64,000 nt of DNA from a bacterium. GTDB taxonomy: Bacteria > UBA10199 > 2-02-FULL-50-16 > JAJFLM01. Below the pieces are notes generated by a model. It made no database searches. It was not told where the DNA came from and saw nothing but the letters and a program-made list of their open reading frames with translations. The stretch lies in the NCBI GenBank assembly GCA_965216315.1, contig CBDCFN010000016.1, positions 2,304,001 to 2,368,000 on the forward strand. The letters run 5' to 3'. Below are positions 54,603 to 64,000 of the stretch, piece after piece; position 1 is the stretch's first letter; each line of letters opens with the position of its first letter. Position numbers and translations under genes: made by a program.

Positions 54603-55369
54603 TGCATGAGATTAATGAGGCACTGATCAACGAACTTGACGGCGTTGCTGCGCCGCAGGACCTCATTGCTGCAATCGTTTCCCGCTTCGGTGACCGTGCC
54701 GCCATCGGCACGAGTGGCCAATTGACCGGCATGGTGATGATAGACATGGCCATGCGGGCCAAGACCCGGCCGCGGATCTTTACGATCGATACGCTCCGTC
54801 TCTTCAACGAGACCTACGCCTACTTTGACGCGATTGAAGAGAAGTACGGTATTGAGATCGAGCGCATGCAACCCGACCCGGCCAAGCTCAATAAAATGCT
54901 CGCCCAACATGGCGAGTATCTCTTCTTCGATTCACCGGAAAAACAGGAGTTTTGCTGTCAGATCCGCAAGGTCGAACCGAATAACCGCGCCCTCGATTCC
55001 GTCGACGTCTGGCTCTCCGGACTGCGCCGGGACCAGTCCGTCTTTCGGAGTGACATGAAGCGGCTTGAAATTATCGAACACGGCCCAGAACGGCGCCCCA
55101 TCCTCAAGGTCTGCCCCTTGATCGATTGGAGTGAGGCTCAATGCCGCGCCTATCTCCAGGAAAACCAGGTGCCTATTCATCCCCTCTTGGAGTGGGAAAA
55201 TGAGGGGTGGCGCTATGAATCCCTCGGATGTCGTATCTGCTCCACCGCGATCGGTCCGAATGAACCCCGCCGTGCCGGCCGCTGGCGCTGGTTTAATAGT
55301 GGCGAGGAAAATAAGGAGTGTGGATTGCACACGTCGCACCACGACCCCGATACCAAAGACGAAGCGTAG
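54602..55369 (+). CDS. cysH: APS/PAPS reductase (Fe-S-motif type)
   Basis: CCQIRKVEP, GLRRDQ, SLGCRICS, RAGRW, ECGLH. Confidence 0.92.
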   Translation: MHEINEALINELDGVAAPQDLIAAIVSRFGDRAAIGTSGQLTGMVMIDMAMRAKTRPRIFTIDTLRLFNETYAYFDAIEEKYGIEIERMQPDPAKLNKMLAQHGEYLFFDSPEKQEFCCQIRKVEPNNRALDSVDVWLSGLRRDQSVFRSDMKRLEIIEHGPERRPILKVCPLIDWSEAQCRAYLQENQVPIHPLLEWENEGWRYESLGCRICSTAIGPNEPRRAGRWRWFNSGEENKECGLHTSHHDPDTKDEA

Positions 55370-55384
55370 CGCGACTCAAGGACC

Positions 55385-56197
55385 ATGGACACCAAGCAAC
55401 TACTCCAAACCGCACGCAGCTTAGCCGAAGAAGCCGCCGCCGAAGTGATGCGTCTCAAGGACCAGCCGCTGAATTCCGAGCGCAAAGCGGATCAGTCGCT
55501 CGTCACAACGGCTGATCTCAACGCAGATAAGATTCTTCGCGAAGGCCTGCTCGAGGCCTTTCCCGACCATGGCATTCTAAGCGAAGAGAGCGGCATCCTC
55601 GGCAATCCCAAGTCCGAATACGTCTGGCTCGTCGATCCGCTCGACGGCACCAAGGCCTATGCCAAAGGCATCCCCGGCTTTTCGGTCATGGTGGGACTCC
55701 TCCACCAGGGATGGCCTTATGTCGGCGTCGTCGTCGACCCGATCACGGGACGCACTTACGAAGCAAGCCGCGGCGGAGGAGCCTATCTGACGGAAGGTGG
55801 CTCACGGCAATCATTATGGGTCTCCAAGCGTTCGGACTATGCGGACATGCCCGTCGTCGTTTCCACGGGTTTTCCGCAAGCCTCCTTAAAAGAGCTTCAA
55901 ATCGAGCTCACGGGTCCTTTGTTAGCGCCCATCAATAGTGTCGGCATCAAAGTCGGACATGTCGTCCGCCAGGAAGCGGACGTTTACATCAACCATCACC
56001 CGGTTCATTTGTGGGACACCTGCGCCCCGCAGATTATTTTGGAAGAAGCGGGTGGCTTATTCACTCGTATCGATGGCACGCCGCTCGAGTACCAATTGGA
56101 AGCCCCCTATTCGCACCAAGCCCTCACCCTCGCAACCAATGGCACGCGGCACGGAGATCTCGTGAGCCTGATTGAAGAGGAAAAAATATTCTGCTGA
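55385..56197 (+). CDS. cysQ: 3'(2'),5'-bisphosphate nucleotidase
   Basis: VTTAD, LSEE, WLVDPLDGT, WDTCAP. Confidence 0.85.
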   Translation: MDTKQLLQTARSLAEEAAAEVMRLKDQPLNSERKADQSLVTTADLNADKILREGLLEAFPDHGILSEESGILGNPKSEYVWLVDPLDGTKAYAKGIPGFSVMVGLLHQGWPYVGVVVDPITGRTYEASRGGGAYLTEGGSRQSLWVSKRSDYADMPVVVSTGFPQASLKELQIELTGPLLAPINSVGIKVGHVVRQEADVYINHHPVHLWDTCAPQIILEEAGGLFTRIDGTPLEYQLEAPYSHQALTLATNGTRHGDLVSLIEEEKIFC

Positions 56198-56207
56198 TAG
56201 TAGGGTA

Positions 56208-57518
56208 TTAGGTACGTCCCTCACCAATAAGGTAAGCAACCAAAGGCAGTTTCTCCTTCCTAACCACGAAGGCCTGTGGACACTGATTGAGAATTTCTTG
56301 CTGTTTGGGCGTTGGATGACCGTTTGATTTGAGTTCAAAGCCACAATCATCGAAGAAGAAATCCACCTCAGCTTTAGTCGTATTGCTATACAAATAACTC
56401 ACATCTAAAGACTCTTGCCAACGATAGGTCTGGGTCAGAAATGCACATTCATCTAGGGGTAATTCAGGAATAGACATTTGATGGAGTCGTCGAATTCTCC
56501 AGCCAATAGCGGCCCAAACACGAGCGGTAAACGGATCTAGTGGGTAGATCTTCTTGAGCTTTGCGGGTAAAAACTTAAGCTTTTGAAGATCAAAACGAGG
56601 AAGTACGCGAATCGAAAAATGATCTTCTTGGATTTCGAGTAGAGTTTTAACAGTATTCGCACTTTGGATATCCGTTCCTTTTTTCAGTGTCTCAAAACTG
56701 ACTCGGCTATTGAGCGTTTCACAGAGCCGCCTGGCCAGCGCGGCCAAACTACGTTCCGAAGTTCTTAAACGGGACCAACTGCCCATGAGCCAATCCATGT
56801 ATATCTGCCAGATCCCATCGCCGATCTCTTGGAACTTATGAAGCGCCCCAACCACTTGAGGTATCCCACCGCTCCAACAATAGCTTTTCCAATAGGACTG
56901 CCAGTCGATCTTTTGGTCATTGAGCCATTGTTGATTAAAGTGCTGAATACGTGCCGACTGATACCCCTCCACCTCAGCAGGATGAAAAAAATCCATGTAT
57001 TCACGAAAACTCCAAGGACGAGCAAAGATGACTTTCCCGGCTCCGCGACGACCCGGAAGCCGCTCACCACTTTCAAGTAAGTATCGAGCCTCACTGCCCG
57101 TACACCAAATGCGGCAGGCCTTGAGCTTGTCCTCAGAATAGAGCGATCGGAGTGCCAGATGCCAATCAGGCACCGATTGCACTTCATCCAGGACGATGGT
57201 GCTCTTACCTGAAATAAGTTGATCCAGGTGCTGGTAAAGATCAGCCTTATCGAGGATAGCCGAGCAATCGGTGAAGATCAGGGTTTCGGAATCTTGGAGT
57301 TGGCTGAGAAAAAGTTTGAGAGAGGCTGTTTTGCCAATCTGCCGCGGTCCGTACAGCAGAGAAATCGAGCCAAACGGCGTATCAAATAACCGCAAATTTA
57401 TTGCGGATTTATCATATGCACCCTTCTTTCCCCAAAATTCCTGGGCTTGAAAGACAGATGGATCACTAATTAACTCATTGATATTACTTACTATTTTTTG
57501 ATTTAGGTATATCCGCAT
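56208..57518 (-). CDS. AAA_14/DUF4143-like ATP-binding protein
   Basis: GPRQIGKT, LDEVQ, TGS, LPGR, GGIP, KKIYPLDP, EVDF. Confidence 0.85.
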   Translation of the reverse strand: MRIYLNQKIVSNINELISDPSVFQAQEFWGKKGAYDKSAINLRLFDTPFGSISLLYGPRQIGKTASLKLFLSQLQDSETLIFTDCSAILDKADLYQHLDQLISGKSTIVLDEVQSVPDWHLALRSLYSEDKLKACRIWCTGSEARYLLESGERLPGRRGAGKVIFARPWSFREYMDFFHPAEVEGYQSARIQHFNQQWLNDQKIDWQSYWKSYCWSGGIPQVVGALHKFQEIGDGIWQIYMDWLMGSWSRLRTSERSLAALARRLCETLNSRVSFETLKKGTDIQSANTVKTLLEIQEDHFSIRVLPRFDLQKLKFLPAKLKKIYPLDPFTARVWAAIGWRIRRLHQMSIPELPLDECAFLTQTYRWQESLDVSYLYSNTTKAEVDFFFDDCGFELKSNGHPTPKQQEILNQCPQAFVVRKEKLPLVAYLIGEGRT

Positions 57519-57586
57519 TTCTATTGCGGATTATATAGATAATACGAGATATGTCCACCCTCAAGGGAAGGGAGGCCATCAAGGTG

Positions 57587-59428
57587 TTAAATAATTCCAT
57601 GTAAGGGAGCGCCGGAGACGCCTAAGGCATCGACTCTTTTCTCAATCGCCGGATCATCTTCTAAAGGCGGAGCATGATGGGGTTTACTTCGGGCATCAAT
57701 GACGAGCGACCCTTTGCAGCCCCAGTGCTTGTAATCGACAAAGGAATCAATGCCATAGATATCCATCGCCGGATCGGAGCGCGTGAAGGTCACCCAGACA
57801 AAGTTGTCTAGATTGCGGGCGGTAAATTCACTGTCATCGACAATGATAATCAACGGGAAATTACGAAACATCGCCTGATTTTTCATCGCGTAACAAAAGC
57901 CGCGCATTTCCGCATCCTTGACCTTCGGATCGTCGCCGGCCGGGGGGCCACTCACGGCGACGATCCCGGGCAAAACGACTTGCGGATCGGCGAAACCTTC
58001 GGGAAAGCCCAACAGCGGCAGCAGCTGCGACGGGAGCTCTCTCTGCTTAGGCCCCACGGCAGCGATGACGAGCTTAGACCCTTGATTGTAACCGCTGCCC
58101 GAGTAATCCAAAGTATCGATCGTCGTGCGGGTCTGAAAGTGCAAGTCCCGTTTCCAATCGACCCGTTCCAGCATGTGATAGAAAAAGTCGGCAATATTAT
58201 GGGCATCGAGATCGGGATCATCATAACGATTACAGATCCACAAATATTTCGCCAACGACAATTGCCCCTGACCTAGGATCGCATTGGCCTGAGTCAGTAT
58301 TTCTTGAGGACGTTCCGTCTCCACATACGGGCTGTAGCGTTCACTCCCAATCGCGAGCAACAAGGGATGGACCCCCGAGGCATCCACGGCGTGAACTTGA
58401 TGAACGCCCGGCAAGACATCGGGAATCAGCGGTCCCGTCAGTTCGTGGATGAGCTGGCCAAAAACGGTATCTTCTTGGGGCGGTCGTCCCACCGAGGTAA
58501 AGGGCCAGATCGCGTGCTCGCGGTGATAGACCTTGTCGACCTTGAGCACCGGATAGTCATGCTCCAAACTGTAATAACCCAGATGATCGCCAAACGGACC
58601 TTCCGGCAACAATTTGTCGGGGATCACCGTCCCGGTAATACAAAAATCCGCCTCCGCGGGAATCGGCAAAGCCCCTTTTGCAACGACCATCGGCAGACGC
58701 CGTCCCCCGAGTATCCCGGCAAACGCCAACTCCGTCATTCCTTCGGGCAAGGGCATAACGGCCGCCAATGTCAACGCCGGCGGACCACCCACAAAAATAT
58801 TCACCTTGAATGGCTTGCCATTTCGTATCGCCGCTTCATGGTGAACGCCGATCCCGCGATGACTTTGATAGTGGAGACCGATCTCGTCGTCCGTCTTGTA
58901 ACGCCCGCCGGATATTTGAATGCGATACATCCCGAGGTTCGACTTCGCCGGCCCCGGCTGCTCGACATGTTCCGTATAGACCTGCGGCAAGGTAATAAAG
59001 GCGCCGCCATCATCCGGCCAAGACTTGAGTTGAGGCAAATCGCGGACTCGACATTGATGTTTCATAATCGGCCCCGACGAGACTTTTTTGGGGCGTAAAT
59101 GCCAGGCCATGCGCGGGAGTTGACGGTAGCGAAACAGGTGCTTGGGGAGACGAGCCGTATCGGCCTTGAGCTCAGCGAGGCGTTGTACGGCGACCAAGGT
59201 GTCACGAAACAAATAACACGCGCGTTCGATCGTCCCGTATAAATTACCCAACATCGAAAATTTACAGCCCTTGACGTTGGTAAAGAGAATGGCGGGCCCA
59301 CCGGCCTGATAGACTCGCCGCTGAATGGCCGCCGCTTCGAGTTCGGCATCGATCTCTCGATCGATGCGGACCAGCTGCCCCTTGCGCTCCAGATCAGCCA
59401 CGCATTGTTGGAGATTAGCGTACCCCAT
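57587..59428 (-). CDS. UbiD-family decarboxylase
   Basis: DGG.FITLP, NLGMYR, EGPFGDH.GYY, VGRPPQED. Confidence 0.92.
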   Translation of the reverse strand: MGYANLQQCVADLERKGQLVRIDREIDAELEAAAIQRRVYQAGGPAILFTNVKGCKFSMLGNLYGTIERACYLFRDTLVAVQRLAELKADTARLPKHLFRYRQLPRMAWHLRPKKVSSGPIMKHQCRVRDLPQLKSWPDDGGAFITLPQVYTEHVEQPGPAKSNLGMYRIQISGGRYKTDDEIGLHYQSHRGIGVHHEAAIRNGKPFKVNIFVGGPPALTLAAVMPLPEGMTELAFAGILGGRRLPMVVAKGALPIPAEADFCITGTVIPDKLLPEGPFGDHLGYYSLEHDYPVLKVDKVYHREHAIWPFTSVGRPPQEDTVFGQLIHELTGPLIPDVLPGVHQVHAVDASGVHPLLLAIGSERYSPYVETERPQEILTQANAILGQGQLSLAKYLWICNRYDDPDLDAHNIADFFYHMLERVDWKRDLHFQTRTTIDTLDYSGSGYNQGSKLVIAAVGPKQRELPSQLLPLLGFPEGFADPQVVLPGIVAVSGPPAGDDPKVKDAEMRGFCYAMKNQAMFRNFPLIIIVDDSEFTARNLDNFVWVTFTRSDPAMDIYGIDSFVDYKHWGCKGSLVIDARSKPHHAPPLEDDPAIEKRVDALGVSGAPLHGII

Positions 59429-59501
59429 AAGGCTCCAGGTCCTAACAGGTCCCTGCAAAAATTTCACTCAACTTTTTCGGCCGCAAGACGATATCAGGGC
59501 C

Positions 59502-59900
59502 ATGAATACCGGTACCGAAAAAATCCGTCACCAGCTGACCCGGAACGGAATCCTCGTCTGCCAAACGCTGTTTATTGGCATCGCATTAAGTGCAGGCATC
59601 GCACTCTGCGGACTCCTTGACTCCTGGCTGGCGCTTCCGCTCTTAGGGGGCACCTTTATCTTCAATACCATCCAGCTCTACCTGCGTGCCCTTGAAGAAA
59701 CCCAGGCCGATCGCCCTATCACCAAAGGCACCCTGGCCCTCGTTTCCGCCGCTATCGCGGGCGCAGGCATCGCGATTTGCATCGGCATCTTCGTAAAGGA
59801 CTATGGACTCGCATTGAGACCCTTGCCCATCATTGTCCTCACCCCGGTGCTCATGACCTGGATTCAAGCCACCGATCAAGCGGCTCGCTCCAAGCAGTAA
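59502..59900 (+). CDS. Small membrane protein
   Basis: ~4 hydrophobic segments; ATG 59502 directly after promoter-like motif. Confidence 0.6.
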   Translation: MNTGTEKIRHQLTRNGILVCQTLFIGIALSAGIALCGLLDSWLALPLLGGTFIFNTIQLYLRALEETQADRPITKGTLALVSAAIAGAGIAICIGIFVKDYGLALRPLPIIVLTPVLMTWIQATDQAARSKQ

Positions 59901-59965
59901 GTTTCCTTGCTTCAGTTACCTGACTATGATTGACTAGCGTTCCACTTAAGCAAGGAGAGCAACTC

Positions 59966-60526
59966 ATGGCCATTACGACAATCATACTCATCGCGGTCCC
60001 GGCACTCATCGTGCTGTGGGTGGTCCTTTCGTACAATAAGCTGATCTATTGGCGCCAGCAGGTCAAAAATGCGTGGGCACAAATTGACGTCCAACTCAAA
60101 CGCCGTCATGACCTCATCCCTAATCTTGTCGAAACGGTTAAGGGCTATGCCAAACATGAACAAGAAACCCTGGAAAAGGTTATTCAAGCCCGCAACATGG
60201 CCATGCAAGCGCACAGTCCCAAAGAATCCGGTGAGGCCGAAAACATTCTGAGTGGGGCCTTGAAATCACTGTTTGCCCTCTCGGAAAGCTATCCCGACCT
60301 CAAGGCCAACGAGAACTTTTCGAAGCTGCAAGAAGAGCTGACCTCGACAGAAAATAAAATTTCCTTTGCGCGTCAGTTCTATAACGATACGACGACACAA
60401 TATAACATCATGATCAAAACCTTTCCGCGCAACGTCATTGCGGGAATCTTTCGCTTCAACGATGAAGAATTATTTGAGGTGGAAGTCCCCGAGGAACGTG
60501 AAGTCGTCAAGGTATCGTTCTCATAA
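59966..60526 (+). CDS. lemA: LemA family protein
   Basis: YNKL, IDVQLKRRHDLIPNLV, YPDLKAN. Confidence 0.95.
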   Translation: MAITTIILIAVPALIVLWVVLSYNKLIYWRQQVKNAWAQIDVQLKRRHDLIPNLVETVKGYAKHEQETLEKVIQARNMAMQAHSPKESGEAENILSGALKSLFALSESYPDLKANENFSKLQEELTSTENKISFARQFYNDTTTQYNIMIKTFPRNVIAGIFRFNDEELFEVEVPEEREVVKVSFS

Positions 60527-60529
60527 GCA

Positions 60530-61486
60530 ATGGCTTCGGCTCATCTCTACGAGCAAATCCGGCGCAACAAGCGTAATTCATGGCTACTCGTTGTCTCTAT
60601 TATCGTCATTCTATCGAGCCTGGGTTACGTCCTTGGATTTTACTATGGCGATCCATTGATCGGGCTCGCGATGGCCGGCGGCTTCGCTTTACTCTATACG
60701 GCGATTAGCTTGATGGCCGGTGACGGTATTGTCATGATGTCAATGCGCGCCAAGCGCGCCTCACCGGAAAGTCATACCCAGCTCTTTAATATCGTCGAAG
60801 AAATGTCGATTGCATCCGGCCTGCCGATGCCCGAGGTCTACGTCATCCCGTCGGATGCCTCCAATGCCTTTGCCACGGGACGATCTCCCGAAAAGGCTAA
60901 GATCGCGATTACGACCGGGCTCATGCAACAACTCAACCGGGAGGAACTCCAAGCCGTCATCGGGCACGAGATGGCTCATATTAAAAACTTCGACACGCGC
61001 TTTGCCATTCTCATGGCGGTCATGGTCGGGGCCATCGCCCTGCTCTGCGATGCCTTTTGGCGGATATCCCTGCGCTCACGGCGGGGCAGTTCGTCTAAAG
61101 GGGGCGGACAAGCACAACTTGTTATCTTGGTCGTCGCGATTGCCCTCGCGATACTCGCGCCTCTCGCTGCTAAACTGATCCAGTTTTCCATGTCACGCCG
61201 GCGCGAACTTTTGGCCGATAATACCGCCGCGGAACTCACGCGCAATCCGGAAGCGCTGGCCCGCGCCCTCGAAAAAATTGCAGGTGATCCCGACGAATTG
61301 GATCTCGCCAACCGCGGCACCCAACATCTGTTTGTGGTCAACCCACTCAAAGCCGCCAAGGACAACAAGCGTCGCGCCAAAGGGAAGGCTATCAGCGAAA
61401 AAGCCGGCTGGTTTGACACCCACCCGCCGATTCAAAAGCGTATCCGTCTCCTCCGCGAGATGGCACACACAATGCCCAGGACATAG
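60530..61486 (+). CDS. htpX: M48 zinc metalloprotease HtpX
   Basis: NAFATG, HEMAH, SRRRELLAD, THPP. Confidence 0.92.
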   Translation: MASAHLYEQIRRNKRNSWLLVVSIIVILSSLGYVLGFYYGDPLIGLAMAGGFALLYTAISLMAGDGIVMMSMRAKRASPESHTQLFNIVEEMSIASGLPMPEVYVIPSDASNAFATGRSPEKAKIAITTGLMQQLNREELQAVIGHEMAHIKNFDTRFAILMAVMVGAIALLCDAFWRISLRSRRGSSSKGGGQAQLVILVVAIALAILAPLAAKLIQFSMSRRRELLADNTAAELTRNPEALARALEKIAGDPDELDLANRGTQHLFVVNPLKAAKDNKRRAKGKAISEKAGWFDTHPPIQKRIRLLREMAHTMPRT

Positions 61487-61494
61487 ATAGGGGA

Positions 61495-61565
61495 GTCATC
61501 CTGAGGGCAGCGCCCGAAGGATCCAATGGCCATAACGGGATTCTTCGCCGGTGGCTCAGAATGAC
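61495..61565. repeat. REP-like GTCATCCTGAG...CTCAGAATGAC palindromic element
   Basis: Terminal inverted repeats with internal CGAAGGATCC/GGATTCTTCG. Confidence 0.7.
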
Positions 61566-61589
61566 ATCGAGTTATACAGTATCTTCACG

Positions 61590-62510
61590 TTAGCGAAATT
61601 CTTCGATGGTATATTCCATCTGGGTCGGATTCGTACCGGACGTCGGCGTCCAATGAGGATCGCGGGTCCGGTTGGCTAAGGCCAACATGAGACCTGAAAA
61701 TTCATCCCTGACCTGAGCCATGATGGCTCCCTTAAAGGCTTCGAGTCCCCAATCAGGCATGTTCGGAACAAAGTGGGTTTGATACGCCACGAGCGTCCAC
61801 ATCCCCTGACCCTTCGCCCGCGTAATCGTCCAGGAACCCTCGTTGGTTTTAAAGCCCGTATGCCCGGAAGGAACCTTATATTCGGCGCGGGGCCGCATCG
61901 TCCAATAAATCTGTTCCCCCCCGCTCAAGTATTCTTTGTGCATAACATTTTGAGTATATAACTTGCGGCCGACCGGGGTTCCAATAATGAGTTCCTGGAT
62001 ATGCGGCGACTGGAAATGAGAGGTCAGGCTGCCGGAACTTACGACTCCCGGCATCCATTCGGCCCATTGTTCTTCATTGCTTAAAGTCGCAAACAGCTGG
62101 CTGTGCAATACCGGCATGGCTGCCAAGGCATGAAAACGGGGCAACGGACTGTTGCGCACATTTTCCAGCCAGATAAAAACCTTGCCGGCCTGCAACTGAT
62201 CCCGTACGCCATAGAGATGGACAATATCTTCAACTTTTGAAGGACTGCTGGGACGACGTCCGTCCAGAAAGATATCCGTAATCACATTGCGCGCCCGACT
62301 CGTCGTTGCGGACTGACTCCCACTCGCGGTGCCACCGCCGTGTATCATCAACTGCAAGCGTTCGGAAGGATCTTCATAACCAAGATGATCCTTGGGAAGA
62401 ACGGCAAGCGGTTCAAGCAGAGCGTTCTGCGTCGGACCCAAGAAGGTTCCGTGGGCTAAGATCGGCGCAGCTGTTAATAGGCTGGTGTTGGCAAGGGACA
62501 GCACACTCAT
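61590..62510 (-). CDS. START/SRPBCC-like domain protein with N-terminal extension
   Basis: WAEWMP, IYWT, NEGSWTI, VAYQ; paralog of next gene; start uncertain (62510-62519). Confidence 0.6.
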   Translation of the reverse strand: MSVLSLANTSLLTAAPILAHGTFLGPTQNALLEPLAVLPKDHLGYEDPSERLQLMIHGGGTASGSQSATTSRARNVITDIFLDGRRPSSPSKVEDIVHLYGVRDQLQAGKVFIWLENVRNSPLPRFHALAAMPVLHSQLFATLSNEEQWAEWMPGVVSSGSLTSHFQSPHIQELIIGTPVGRKLYTQNVMHKEYLSGGEQIYWTMRPRAEYKVPSGHTGFKTNEGSWTITRAKGQGMWTLVAYQTHFVPNMPDWGLEAFKGAIMAQVRDEFSGLMLALANRTRDPHWTPTSGTNPTQMEYTIEEFR

Positions 62511-62592
62511 CACGTCCACAACTATCGCCGATCCTGATGAAAAGTTGCCAAAAAAGGTTTATAAATCAGCTTTTTGAATGAGGCTGAAATGA

Positions 62593-63393
62593 TTAGGCTT
62601 TTTTGACTTGATAAGTGCGACCGGAGGGATTCTGTCCGCTCCCCTCCGTCCAGCTGGGATCCACGGTGTGATTCGCCATCGCTGATACCACTTGGTCAAA
62701 CTCACCCAAGGTCATTCTGGTAATGATTGGCTCTAACAGTTTTAATGCCTGTTTGCCTAACCAGCCACCCTTGACCAACGCTTCAATATGAATCTGGTAA
62801 GCCATCAAGATCTCTCCGGGTTCTCCGGGCATATCCGTGAACGTCCACGATCCATCATTGATGGCTAAACCCTTCAGTTTTCGATCGGGTTCAATGCGTG
62901 ACTGGCTATCTATGGTCCAATAAATTTGGTGACCGTTGGGGACATCTCGATTGAACAAGTGCGAACGATAATGGAACGTTCCGCCTGCCCCCCCATCGAC
63001 CTTAGCCTCGTGAAATTGCTCATTTGGACGACCCGTCGGCGTTCCACGAGAAAATATGTTGCGCGGCATCCATTGATTCCAATTATCAAGATTTAACATC
63101 GCCTGATAAGCATCCCGTGCCGTCATATGTGACGGTACTCTCAGAGATGAAACGGTATCCAGGCGTGGCATGGCGGCTTTCTCAACCTTCTCAATTCTGA
63201 GAAAAATGGAACCTTGTTGTAAGGCACTAAACAGTTCGTTCTGCTGCACCGCCTGTGAAATCACTCCGGCATCGGTCGGCATGGCTCCGCGTGGAAAAAC
63301 CGTTTCGAGAGCCGCGCTCGGATTAAAACTTGAAGCTGCAAGCAGAGTCGACGAACCAAGCATCGACACCGTATTCATACCAATAATACTCAT
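62593..63393 (-). CDS. START/SRPBCC-like domain protein with N-terminal extension
   Basis: WNQWMP, IYWT, NDGSWTF, MAYQ; AAGGAG SD before ATG 63393. Confidence 0.65.
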   Translation of the reverse strand: MSIIGMNTVSMLGSSTLLAASSFNPSAALETVFPRGAMPTDAGVISQAVQQNELFSALQQGSIFLRIEKVEKAAMPRLDTVSSLRVPSHMTARDAYQAMLNLDNWNQWMPRNIFSRGTPTGRPNEQFHEAKVDGGAGGTFHYRSHLFNRDVPNGHQIYWTIDSQSRIEPDRKLKGLAINDGSWTFTDMPGEPGEILMAYQIHIEALVKGGWLGKQALKLLEPIITRMTLGEFDQVVSAMANHTVDPSWTEGSGQNPSGRTYQVKKA

Positions 63394-63562
63394 GACACTC
63401 TCCTTAGTGTTAACGTCACCCGCTAAGACTTCTATCGCCCCTGCCGATGAAAGGTTGCTCGGAAAAAACGGGAATAATTTCCAATTATTCAATTATTTCA
63501 TGCATTCAGCTGAATACGCGAAACTTGACAAGGTGCGTCGACTTACGTAGCGTGCCGCCACT

Positions 63563-64000
63563 ATGCCGCAAGATCTGCCACCGGAAATCATCCAGCTCAA
63601 AACCAAGATGTCGGGCTGGCTTGAAAATAAGAAAAAATTCATTTGGATTGGTGTCGGATTGGTCGCCCTCTTCTTCCTTAAGTCAATGTTCTTTTCTGTG
63701 GAACCGGATCAAGATGCGGTCATTCAACGGTTCGGCAAATACGATCGAACCTTAGGGCCTGGCCTTCATATGAAACTCCCGGCCGGCATCGAAAAAGTTA
63801 CTAAAGTCAGAACGCGTGCTATTCTAAAAGAAGAATTCGGGTTTGCAACGGTTAAAGCCGGCGTGCGTACTCAGTACGATGATCGCAATACGAGTTACGA
63901 GAAACAGTCCATCATGCTGACCGGTGATCTCAACGTCGCGGACGTCGAATGGATCGTGCAGTACCAAATCGCGAATCCCAAAGACTATCTTTTCAAGGTC
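63563..64000 (+). CDS. hflK: FtsH modulator HflK, partial
   Basis: Hand translation: TM, then VEPDQDAVIQRFGK...GPGLH.KLP.GIE...EEFGF...MLTGDLNVADVEWIVQY; runs off window. Confidence 0.88.
   Translation, partial: MPQDLPPEIIQLKTKMSGWLENKKKFIWIGVGLVALFFLKSMFFSVEPDQDAVIQRFGKYDRTLGPGLHMKLPAGIEKVTKVRTRAILKEEFGFATVKAGVRTQYDDRNTSYEKQSIMLTGDLNVADVEWIVQYQIANPKDYLFKV

Overview
64 kb of bacterial chromosome. Gene content (TIGR02147-like protein, PilZ, PhaR plus paired ArsA/Get3-like ATPases, Cys-type C-terminal sorting signals, sigma54 promoters) suggests a deltaproteobacterial-grade lineage; this is an inference. The housekeeping backbone comprises priA-def-fmt-rpe, tatA, perR-ahpC, serS, glnB-glnA, galU, a lexA/umuD-like gene plus a Y-family polymerase, tRNA-Leu-tig-clpP-clpX-lon, thrH, mutM, cysC-cysH-cysQ, ubiD, lemA-htpX, hflK and five tRNAs, interspersed with orphan genes. 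The most striking feature is a ~9 kb stop-free ORF (44413-53331, minus). It reads as four complete surface proteins joined head-to-tail, each with a signal peptide, beta-helix/choice-of-anchor-Q-like body, acidic stalk and GGGC-TM-basic sorting signal. A Shine-Dalgarno motif is embedded before each internal Met, making it a candidate bacterial polyprotein. Also notable: a recurrent CAAC(T/C/G)-N13/14-NNCGA(T/A)A promoter-like motif before seven orphan genes, a shared palindromic operator next to a TIGR02147-like gene, and a palindromic repeat found both intergenically and in frame inside priA. All family assignments come from motif recognition by eye; no database searches were run.
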